DNA of 64,000 nucleotides from Escherichia coli (GTDB lineage Bacteria; Pseudomonadota; Gammaproteobacteria; Enterobacterales; Enterobacteriaceae): NCBI RefSeq assembly GCF_002854065.1, contig NZ_CP024147.1; one strand, 5' to 3'. Shown piece by piece: positions 55,744 to 64,000 of this stretch (position 1 is its first letter; each line of letters starts with the position of its first letter). The notes under the pieces were generated by a model. It saw only the letters and a program-made list of their open reading frames with translations, ran no database searches and was not told where the DNA came from. The position numbers and the translations under genes were made by a program.

Positions 55744-56940
55744 ATGTCCGTTTTCTCATTGAAGATTGATATCGCCGATAACAAATTTTTCAACGGCGAA
55801 ACATCACCGCTCTTTTCGCAAAGCCAGGCCAAACTGGCGCGCCAGTTCCACCAGAAAATAGCTGGTTATCGCCCAACACCGCTTTGTGCGCTGGACGATC
55901 TCGCAAACCTTTTTGGTGTGAAGAAAATTCTTGTCAAAGACGAATCAAAACGATTCGGTCTGAACGCCTTCAAAATGCTCGGCGGTGCGTACGCCATCGC
56001 TCAATTATTGTGTGAAAAATATCATCTTGATATCGAAACGCTGTCATTTGAGCACCTGAAAAATGCCATCGGCGAAAAAATGACTTTCGCGACCACCACC
56101 GACGGCAACCACGGGCGCGGTGTGGCGTGGGCAGCGCAGCAACTCGGACAGAATGCGGTGATTTACATGCCGAAAGGTTCTGCTCAGGAACGCGTTGACG
56201 CCATTCTGAACCTCGGTGCCGAGTGCATCGTCACGGATATGAACTATGACGATACCGTTCGCCTGACCATGCAACACGCGCAGCAGCACGGCTGGGAAGT
56301 GGTACAGGACACGGCATGGGAAGGTTACACCAAAATCCCAACCTGGATCATGCAAGGCTACGCAACCCTGGCAGATGAAGCCGTCGAGCAAATGCGTGAA
56401 ATGGGCGTAACCCCGACGCACGTTCTGCTGCAAGCCGGTGTCGGAGCAATGGCCGGTGGTGTGCTGGGTTATCTGGTCGACGTCTATAGCCCGCAAAATC
56501 TGCACAGCATTATTGTTGAACCTGACAAAGCTGACTGTATTTATCGCTCCGGCGTCAAAGGCGACATCGTCAACGTTGGCGGTGATATGGCCACCATCAT
56601 GGCGGGCCTGGCCTGTGGCGAACCTAACCCGCTGGGCTGGGAAATCCTACGTAACTGCGCCACCCAATTCATCTCCTGCCAGGACAGCGTTGCCGCATTA
56701 GGTATGCGCGTGCTGGGTAATCCGTACGGCAACGACCCGCGCATCATCTCCGGTGAATCCGGCGCTGTCGGTTTGGGCGTTCTCGCGGCGGTTCATTATC
56801 ACCCGCAACGTCAAAGCCTGATGGAAAAACTGGCGCTGAACAAAGATGCCGTAGTGCTGGTTATCAGCACTGAAGGTGACACCGACGTGAAGCACTATCG
56901 CGAAGTTGTCTGGGAAGGCAAACACGCTGTAGCACCTTAA
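55744..56940 (+). CDS. ygeX: Diaminopropionate ammonia-lyase (PLP-dependent)
   Basis: 398-aa ORF MSVFSLKIDIADNKFFNGETSPLFSQSQAKLARQFHQKIAGYRPTPL. Confidence 0.9.
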   Translation: MSVFSLKIDIADNKFFNGETSPLFSQSQAKLARQFHQKIAGYRPTPLCALDDLANLFGVKKILVKDESKRFGLNAFKMLGGAYAIAQLLCEKYHLDIETLSFEHLKNAIGEKMTFATTTDGNHGRGVAWAAQQLGQNAVIYMPKGSAQERVDAILNLGAECIVTDMNYDDTVRLTMQHAQQHGWEVVQDTAWEGYTKIPTWIMQGYATLADEAVEQMREMGVTPTHVLLQAGVGAMAGGVLGYLVDVYSPQNLHSIIVEPDKADCIYRSGVKGDIVNVGGDMATIMAGLACGEPNPLGWEILRNCATQFISCQDSVAALGMRVLGNPYGNDPRIISGESGAVGLGVLAAVHYHPQRQSLMEKLALNKDAVVLVISTEGDTDVKHYREVVWEGKHAVAP

Positions 56941-56997
56941 TCACCCTATTGGAACTGCTCCCTGCAAAACGGGGAGTAAAAAATCTGGAGAAAAATA

Positions 56998-58209
56998 ATG
57001 GCTAAGAATATTCCATTCAAACTGATTCTTGAAAAAGCAAAAGATTACCAGACGGATATGACTCGCTTCCTGCGCGACATGGTTGCTATTCCCAGTGAAA
57101 GCTGCGACGAGAAACGCGTAGTACATCGTATTAAAGAAGAGATGGAAAAAGTCGGCTTCGATAAAGTTGAAATCGACCCGATGGGTAACGTTCTCGGTTA
57201 TATCGGCCACGGCCCGCGTCTGGTGGCAATGGACGCTCATATCGATACCGTCGGCATTGGCAACATCAAAAACTGGGACTTCGATCCGTACGAAGGCATG
57301 GAAACTGATGAGCTGATCGGTGGTCGCGGGACTTCCGACCAGGAAGGCGGCATGGCATCTATGGTTTATGCCGGTAAAATCATTAAAGACCTCGGTCTGG
57401 AAGATGAATATACCCTGCTGGTTACCGGTACTGTGCAGGAAGAAGACTGCGACGGTCTGTGCTGGCAGTACATTATTGAACAATCCGGCATTCGCCCGGA
57501 ATTTGTGGTCAGTACCGAACCAACCGACTGCCAGGTATACCGTGGTCAGCGCGGTCGTATGGAAATTCGTATTGATGTTCAGGGTGTTAGCTGCCACGGT
57601 TCTGCGCCAGAACGCGGTGACAACGCCATTTTCAAAATGGGTCCGATTCTTGGCGAATTACAAGAACTCTCCCAACGTCTGGGTTATGACGAATTCCTCG
57701 GCAAAGGCACCCTCACCGTTTCTGAAATCTTCTTCACATCCCCAAGCCGTTGCGCTGTAGCAGATAGCTGCGCCGTCTCTATTGACCGCCGTCTGACCTG
57801 GGGCGAAACCTGGGAAGGCGCGCTGGACGAAATCCGCGCCCTGCCTGCAGTACAGAAAGCTAACGCGGTTGTTTCTATGTACAACTACGACCGTCCGTCC
57901 TGGACTGGCCTGGTTTACCCAACCGAATGCTACTTCCCGACCTGGAAAGTGGAAGAAGATCACTTCACCGTTAAAGCACTGGTGAATGCCTACGAAGGGC
58001 TGTTTGGCAAAGCGCCGGTTGTTGATAAGTGGACCTTCTCAACTAACGGCGTATCTATCATGGGCCGTCACGGCATTCCGGTGATCGGCTTTGGCCCGGG
58101 TAAAGAACCTGAAGCGCATGCACCTAACGAAAAAACCTGGAAATCTCACCTGGTGACCTGTGCCGCGATGTACGCTGCAATCCCGTTAAGCTGGCTGGCA
58201 ACCGAATAA
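56998..58209 (+). CDS. ygeY: M20-family peptidase/deacylase YgeY
   Basis: 403-aa [58 protein letters not shown]. Confidence 0.9.
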   Translation: MAKNIPFKLILEKAKDYQTDMTRFLRDMVAIPSESCDEKRVVHRIKEEMEKVGFDKVEIDPMGNVLGYIGHGPRLVAMDAHIDTVGIGNIKNWDFDPYEGMETDELIGGRGTSDQEGGMASMVYAGKIIKDLGLEDEYTLLVTGTVQEEDCDGLCWQYIIEQSGIRPEFVVSTEPTDCQVYRGQRGRMEIRIDVQGVSCHGSAPERGDNAIFKMGPILGELQELSQRLGYDEFLGKGTLTVSEIFFTSPSRCAVADSCAVSIDRRLTWGETWEGALDEIRALPAVQKANAVVSMYNYDRPSWTGLVYPTECYFPTWKVEEDHFTVKALVNAYEGLFGKAPVVDKWTFSTNGVSIMGRHGIPVIGFGPGKEPEAHAPNEKTWKSHLVTCAAMYAAIPLSWLATE

Positions 58210-58261
58210 TTACTCTTCACTTATTCCCCTCCGGTTCGCCGGAGGGTTTTTGGAGTTTGCT

Positions 58262-59647
58262 ATGCGCGTATTGATCAAAAACGGCACTGTCGTTAACGCA
58301 GATGGACAAGCCAAACAGGATTTGCTGATTGAAAGCGGGATTGTTCGCCAGTTGGGCAACAATATTTCGCCGCAGCTCCCGTATGAAGAAATTGATGCCA
58401 CTGGCTGTTACGTTTTCCCTGGCGGCGTGGATGTCCATACGCATTTCAATATTGATGTCGGCATCGCGCGCAGTTGTGATGATTTTTTTACCGGTACCCG
58501 CGCAGCTGCGTGTGGCGGTACAACAACCATTATTGACCATATGGGATTTGGCCCAAACGGCTGTCGGTTACGCCATCAACTGGAGGTTTATCGTGGTTAT
58601 GCCGCCCATAAAGCGGTCATCGATTACAGCTTTCACGGTGTGATCCAGCACATTAATCACGCAATCCTCGACGAAATCCCGATGATGGTCGAGGAAGGAC
58701 TGAGCAGTTTTAAACTCTATTTAACCTATCAATACAAACTCAACGATGACGAGGTTTTGCAGGCATTACGCCGTCTGCATGAATCCGGCGCGCTGACCAC
58801 CGTGCACCCGGAAAATGATGCGGCTATCGCCAGCAAGCGGGCGGAGTTTATCGCCGCAGGGTTAACCGCGCCGCGCTATCACGCCTTGAGTCGCCCTCTG
58901 GAATGCGAAGCGGAAGCCATCGCCCGCATGATTAACCTGGCACAAATTGCCGGTAACGCCCCGCTCTATATCGTGCACCTGTCTAACGGCTTAGGTCTGG
59001 ATTATCTGCGTCTTGCCCGTGCGAATCACCAGCCAGTCTGGGTTGAAACCTGCCCACAATATCTCCTGTTGGACGAACGCAGCTACGATACAGAAGATGG
59101 CATGAAGTTCATTCTTAGCCCACCGCTGCGTAACGTACGCGAGCAGGACAAACTGTGGTGTGGCATCAGCGATGGTGCGATTGACGTGGTGGCGACCGAT
59201 CACTGCACGTTCTCAATGGCTCAACGCCTGCAAATTTCTAAAGGCGATTTCAGTCGCTGCCCAAATGGCTTACCCGGTGTGGAAAACCGCATGCAGTTAC
59301 TGTTTTCCAGTGGCGTGATGACGGGACGTATAACACCGGAACGTTTTGTTGAATTAACCAGCGCGATGCCCGCCAGGCTGTTTGGCCTGTGGCCGCAAAA
59401 AGGATTATTAGCGCCCGGTTCCGATGGCGACGTGGTGATTATCGACCCACGTCAGAGCCAACAAATTCAGCATCGCCATCTCCACGACAACGCCGACTAC
59501 TCGCCATGGGAGGGTTTTACCTGTCAGGGCGCGATTGTCAGAACCTTATCCCGTGGTGAAACGATTTTCTGTGACGGCACCTTTACAGGCAAAGCCGGGC
59601 GAGGTCGTTTCCTGCGACGCAAACCGTTTGTCCCTCCCGTGCTCTAA
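58262..59647 (+). CDS. hyuA: D-phenylhydantoinase / dihydropyrimidinase-like amidohydrolase
   Basis: ORF 58250..59647; product from MRVLIKNGTVVNADGQAKQDLLIESGIVRQLG is 461 aa; metal-binding HxH motif (GGVDVHTHFNID). Confidence 0.9.
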   Translation: MRVLIKNGTVVNADGQAKQDLLIESGIVRQLGNNISPQLPYEEIDATGCYVFPGGVDVHTHFNIDVGIARSCDDFFTGTRAAACGGTTTIIDHMGFGPNGCRLRHQLEVYRGYAAHKAVIDYSFHGVIQHINHAILDEIPMMVEEGLSSFKLYLTYQYKLNDDEVLQALRRLHESGALTTVHPENDAAIASKRAEFIAAGLTAPRYHALSRPLECEAEAIARMINLAQIAGNAPLYIVHLSNGLGLDYLRLARANHQPVWVETCPQYLLLDERSYDTEDGMKFILSPPLRNVREQDKLWCGISDGAIDVVATDHCTFSMAQRLQISKGDFSRCPNGLPGVENRMQLLFSSGVMTGRITPERFVELTSAMPARLFGLWPQKGLLAPGSDGDVVIIDPRQSQQIQHRHLHDNADYSPWEGFTCQGAIVRTLSRGETIFCDGTFTGKAGRGRFLRRKPFVPPVL

Positions 59648-59694
59648 CCACTGCCAGGGATCTATACACAATCAAGAATGATGAGTGAGGAAAA

Positions 59695-60627
59695 ATGAGT
59701 AAGAAAATTGTTCTCGCCCTGGGCGGGAATGCGCTGGGCGATGACCTGGCCGGACAAATGAAAGCGGTAAAAATTACTTCTCAGGCAATTGTTGATTTAA
59801 TTGCCCAGGGACATGAAGTTATCGTCACTCATGGTAACGGGCCGCAGGTGGGCATGATTAACCAGGCCTTTGAAGCTGCCGCAAAAACTGAAGCACACTC
59901 GCCAATGCTGCCGATGTCTGTCTGTGTTGCCTTAAGTCAGGGTTATATTGGTTACGATCTACAAAACGCTTTAAGAGAAGAACTGCTTTCTCGTGGCATT
60001 AATAAACCGGTAGCAACGCTGGTTACCCAGGTCGAAGTCGACGCTAACGATCCGGCATTCCTCAACCCGACCAAGCCGATCGGTTCGTTCTTTACCGAGC
60101 AAGAAGCAGAGCAACTGACAAAACAGGGTTACACTCTGAAAGAAGATGCTGGTCGCGGCTATCGCCGTGTTGTTGCCTCGCCAAAACCGGTTGATATCAT
60201 TGAAAAAGAAACGGTTAAAGCGTTGGTAGAAGCAGGCCAGGTAGTGATTACCGTTGGCGGTGGTGGTATCCCTGTTATTCGTGAAGGTAACCATCTGCGT
60301 GGTGCCAGCGCGGTTATCGATAAAGACTGGGCCAGCGCCCGTTTAGCAGAAATGATTGATGCCGATATGCTGATCATTCTGACTGCGGTAGAAAAAGTGG
60401 CCATTAACTTCGGTAAAGAGAATGAACAGTGGCTCGATCGCCTGTCATTAAGTGATGCTGAACGCTTTATCGAAGAAGGTCATTTTGCGAAAGGTTCTAT
60501 GCTGCCTAAAGTGGAAGCTGCCGCCTCGTTTGCTCGCTCTCGCGCAGGTCGTGAAGCACTGATTACCGTATTGAGCAAAGCGAAAGAAGGGATTGAAGGC
60601 AAAACCGGAACGGTGATTTGTCAGTAA
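59695..60627 (+). CDS. yqeA: Carbamate kinase-like protein
   Basis: 310-aa ORF MSKKIVLALGGNALGDDLAGQMKAVKITSQAIVDLIAQGHEVIVTHGNGPQVG (amino-acid-kinase fold). Confidence 0.9.
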   Translation: MSKKIVLALGGNALGDDLAGQMKAVKITSQAIVDLIAQGHEVIVTHGNGPQVGMINQAFEAAAKTEAHSPMLPMSVCVALSQGYIGYDLQNALREELLSRGINKPVATLVTQVEVDANDPAFLNPTKPIGSFFTEQEAEQLTKQGYTLKEDAGRGYRRVVASPKPVDIIEKETVKALVEAGQVVITVGGGGIPVIREGNHLRGASAVIDKDWASARLAEMIDADMLIILTAVEKVAINFGKENEQWLDRLSLSDAERFIEEGHFAKGSMLPKVEAAASFARSRAGREALITVLSKAKEGIEGKTGTVICQ

Positions 60628-60667
60628 TTTTAAGGCCGGGTGGGTAATACCATCCGGCCATTTTCAT

Positions 60668-62293
60668 TTAAGCCACTTCCAGCACTTCTTTTGTCGCTTT
60701 CACGCCCTGATGCATCAACATCATTAACGCCTCAAGTACGCCGCCGCCAATCGCCCGGGCTTTATCAGAAACGCTGGTGAAATCAGCGGTTTCACCACGA
60801 GGATCGATATCACCAATTTTAAAACCACCAACCACTGCCAGGCCGTCGTTCAACAAGCCACGCACCATCCCCGTCAACGGTGCTTTAATTTCATGCTCAC
60901 CAATCCAGGCAATCACATCGCCCTCTTTCGCCAGAACGCCTAATTTCACGTTGGATCGCATAATGCCTGCAGCAGGAGCACGGATCACCCGTCGGGTGGT
61001 ATGCCCCATAATATTGCCAGGAACACCGGTATTCTCCTGCGCACAACCAGAGTAAATCACCTGACCGAGCCAGTGCCCGCGATTTGTTTCAATTACCGCA
61101 TGACAATCCTTCCCAGCAGTAAAGCCCGGCCCAAGCGCGATTGTTACTGGTGCCATATCTGCCCGCGTTCCCAAATTCTGTTTCGCCAGAATAGCGTCCA
61201 CCACGCAAAGCGGTTTCAGTTCATCAAGCAATGAACAGGCGGGATCTACCATCACAGGGATGAATCCGCGTTCGGTAAGTTTCATCGCTTCCGCAGAGCT
61301 GGTTGTCAGGCGAGCAGTGACGCCTTCGACCGTCATTTCGCCATCGAACACGGCCTGGGCAAACGCCACGGTACAACGAATCACTGTCGGTTTTTCCACT
61401 TCCAGCATGATCACTTTAAAACCCGCATGATACAGACGTAGCGCCACACCACTGGCGATATCCCCCGCACCGCGAATCACCACCAGCTGGTGTCCGGAAG
61501 GATGAGAAGGTTTCATCATCAGCCCACCCGGCGCGTTATTTTTCACCTGTAATATTTCTGCCAGCACGCTGATGGCGATCTCCTGCGGCGTTTCCGCACC
61601 TATGTTGTAACCAACGGGCGCATGTAAACGGGCAATATGTTCTTCAGCCACGCCTTTCTCACGCAATTGACGCAGGAAAAGCTGAACCTTGCGACGACTT
61701 GCCAGCAACCCCAACCATGCAATGGGCTGTTCAATGAGTTTGTCGAGGGCTTCACGATCCTGATTATTCGTGGCAATCAGGACAAAATTATCAGGGCGAA
61801 TATCCAGTGCTTCCACTGCCGCACCAAACGACTCAGCATGGAGAAGCGTGGTTGATGGTGGGAATAGTTCAGGATTGAGGCTTTCGCGATAAATATCAGC
61901 AACGGCAATATCAAATCCTAATAGCGCCGCACTCTGGGCTATCGCCCGGTTGACATGCCCCGCGCCAATCAACACCAGACGTGGACGCATACCATGGACG
62001 CTGATAAATACTGACATTGCACCTCCACAATCTGACCCGACAGCATCCGCACCGTTACGAGCCATACGTCCATGGAATAATCGCGGCTTACGTTCCTGCA
62101 ATGCCTGAAGCGACTCTTCAATCACCTTCCGCTCAACCATTCCGCCACCAATTGTACCGACGATAGAACCATCGGCGCGCACTAACATTTGTGCAGAATG
62201 GCGGGGAGTCGAGCCTCGGCTATCAACAATTTGCGCCATCGCAAACGGACAATTTTGCTCTTCGAGTTTTGCAGCCTCTGTGAAAATATTCAT
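60668..62293 (-). CDS. yqeB: XdhC/CoxI-family accessory protein YqeB
   Basis: 541-aa ORF starting MNIFTEAAKLEEQNCPFAMAQIVDSRGSTPRHSAQMLVRADGSIVGTIGGG. Confidence 0.9.
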   Translation of the reverse strand: MNIFTEAAKLEEQNCPFAMAQIVDSRGSTPRHSAQMLVRADGSIVGTIGGGMVERKVIEESLQALQERKPRLFHGRMARNGADAVGSDCGGAMSVFISVHGMRPRLVLIGAGHVNRAIAQSAALLGFDIAVADIYRESLNPELFPPSTTLLHAESFGAAVEALDIRPDNFVLIATNNQDREALDKLIEQPIAWLGLLASRRKVQLFLRQLREKGVAEEHIARLHAPVGYNIGAETPQEIAISVLAEILQVKNNAPGGLMMKPSHPSGHQLVVIRGAGDIASGVALRLYHAGFKVIMLEVEKPTVIRCTVAFAQAVFDGEMTVEGVTARLTTSSAEAMKLTERGFIPVMVDPACSLLDELKPLCVVDAILAKQNLGTRADMAPVTIALGPGFTAGKDCHAVIETNRGHWLGQVIYSGCAQENTGVPGNIMGHTTRRVIRAPAAGIMRSNVKLGVLAKEGDVIAWIGEHEIKAPLTGMVRGLLNDGLAVVGGFKIGDIDPRGETADFTSVSDKARAIGGGVLEALMMLMHQGVKATKEVLEVA

Positions 62294-62340
62294 ACCAACC
62301 TCAATGGATATCCTTTCAGTAACCCGGAATACCCGGGCCG

Positions 62341-63111
62341 CTAATTCACAAATCTGCGCGCGATTGCAGGATGTTCTTGTATATCGCCCAGCCAGATTGC
62401 CTCTACGTCATGTTGTTGCAGCGGTTGAAGGAGCTCGCTTTGTGCAATCGCATTCTCACATTGAGAAAAACGGTTAATGAACCAGACTCGCCGACAACCT
62501 TGCGGTACGTTTTTAAACGCCCCCTGAGGGTGGCGAACCAGCGCAACGAGATCGCTCAGTTGCAAGGTTGCATCAGGTGTTAACCCGGTAATATCAGCAA
62601 ACTGCGACCAGCGATGGACATTTTCTGTGCTCACTTTCGCGCCCAAAGTATGTCCTCCCATCACAGCAATCACGCAGCAACTGCTTTTGGGTATGCAAGG
62701 TTCGTGCTCATCAGGCGCTTTTAACGGCATTCCACGCGAGCCATCTGCTTCAATGAGAATTACGTCACACTCTGGTCGTTGCACCAGTGCATCAATCGCT
62801 TCTGGCGTAAATCCCTGCACTTTTCCCTGGTTCGCTTTCCAGCTGTGAAAACAAAATGAAATGGGGGATGTAAGAGACGCATGAGGAAGCATGGCGGGAT
62901 CACGACAGAAAACCACGGGCCAGTGTGACTTTGGCATAAACATATGTGTCGTCGTAGTGATTAACACACGCCTGCCGCGAGTCTGGAGCAGTTCTGCCAG
63001 CCAAAAAAGCAAGCTGGTTTTCCCCCCAGCACCAACAACAGAAATCACAGTGGGACGTTTCTGCGCACCTAAATCAATGAATAATGCCGATGGGTCAACT
63101 ATACTTTTCAC
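62341..63111 (-). CDS. yqeC: Putative selenium-dependent hydroxylase accessory protein YqeC
   Basis: 256-aa ORF MKSIVDPSALFIDLGAQKRPTVISVVGAGGKTSLLFWLAELLQTRGRRVLITTTTHM (P-loop). Confidence 0.88.
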   Translation of the reverse strand: MKSIVDPSALFIDLGAQKRPTVISVVGAGGKTSLLFWLAELLQTRGRRVLITTTTHMFMPKSHWPVVFCRDPAMLPHASLTSPISFCFHSWKANQGKVQGFTPEAIDALVQRPECDVILIEADGSRGMPLKAPDEHEPCIPKSSCCVIAVMGGHTLGAKVSTENVHRWSQFADITGLTPDATLQLSDLVALVRHPQGAFKNVPQGCRRVWFINRFSQCENAIAQSELLQPLQQHDVEAIWLGDIQEHPAIARRFVN

Positions 63112-63213
63112 GAGTCTTTATGACCTCTCTGGGATAAATTACCCCCAACTTAATCCATCAGGAAGTAACGCAATTATCAGGCGTTATTAGCCCCTATAAA
63201 TAATGGAACCACT

Positions 63214-63792
63214 ATGTCAGCCATCGACTGTATAATTACCGCTGCCGGATTATCATCAAGAATGGGGCAATGGAAAATGATGTTACCCTGGCAACAGGGA
63301 ACAATTCTTGATACAAGTATCAAAAATGCGTTGCAGTTTTGTAGCCGAATTATTTTAGTCACCGGCTATCGTGGTAATGAACTGCACGAACGTTATGCGA
63401 ACCAGAGTAATATCACTATTATTCACAACCCAGATTATGCCCAGGGTTTACTAACATCAGTCAAGGCCGCAGTACCCGCAGTGCAAACAGAACATTGTTT
63501 TCTCACCCACGGTGACATGCCAACCCTCACCATTGATATTTTTAGAAAAATCTGGTCGTTACGAAATGATGGCGCAATACTGCCACTCCATAATGGCATC
63601 CCCGGCCATCCGATTTTAGTGTCAAAACCATGCTTGATGCAGGCATTCCAGCGACCCAATGTCACCAATATGCGTCAGGCACTCCTTATGGGAGATCATT
63701 ATTCCGTCGAAATAGAAAATGCAGAAATAATTTTAGATATTGATACTCCGGACGACTTTATTACAGCGAAGAAAAGGTATACTGAAATTTAG
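63214..63792 (+). CDS. ygfJ: Molybdenum cofactor cytidylyltransferase (MocA)
   Basis: 192-aa ORF MSAIDCIITAAGLSSRMGQWKMMLPWQQGTILDTSIKNAL (MobA-like nucleotidyltransferase fold). Confidence 0.88.
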   Translation: MSAIDCIITAAGLSSRMGQWKMMLPWQQGTILDTSIKNALQFCSRIILVTGYRGNELHERYANQSNITIIHNPDYAQGLLTSVKAAVPAVQTEHCFLTHGDMPTLTIDIFRKIWSLRNDGAILPLHNGIPGHPILVSKPCLMQAFQRPNVTNMRQALLMGDHYSVEIENAEIILDIDTPDDFITAKKRYTEI

Positions 63793-64000
63793 AAAACGTA
63801 GTTAAACGATTGCGTTCAAATATTTAACCCCTCCAGCACTCTTTATCATAATGATAAGGAATCACTGATTTTGAGAAAAGAGAAAAAGTGATAAATGGGC
63901 TGGCAATAATAATTTTCAGGAGTGATTTTAATTCTCATTTGGCACCTGTGAGTTCATTCACAAAAAGCCCTTAAGTTTCGAGCCGCCTCACATTTTTTTA

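Overview
This window reads as an Escherichia coli chromosomal segment with a K-12/B-like core gene order, identified by recognising the translated ORFs; no database search was run. Most of it is ordinary, well-characterised core genome, and I do not see a convincing, clearly novel multi-gene system. Gene order: amiC (3' end cut by window start) – argA – recD/recB/ptrA/recC – ppdC/ygdB/ppdB/ppdA – thyA – lgt – ptsP – rppH – DnaA-box cluster (DARS2) – mutH – ygdQ – ygdR – tas – lplT – aas – OmrA/OmrB sRNAs – galR – lysA – lysR – ygeA – araE – kduD/kduI – yqeF – yqeG. From about 39.4 to 46.5 kb lies a heavily decayed ETT2 (type III secretion) island remnant next to tRNA-Gly glyU: two tandem IS1 copies, a secretin gene (eivG) truncated by IS1, an intact InvF-like regulator (eivF), an unannotated 59-codon membrane ORF, a secreted GH15-like glycoside hydrolase, and an IS2 with a 5-bp target duplication. 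After glyU come ygeR, a third IS1 with a 9-bp target duplication, and the xdhABC – ygeV – ygeW/ygeX/ygeY – hyuA – yqeA/yqeB/yqeC – ygfJ cluster. No CRISPR array or rRNA was found; glyU is the only tRNA. The least-explained content is the 42.7–44.9 kb stretch and the regulatory consequences of the three IS insertions.
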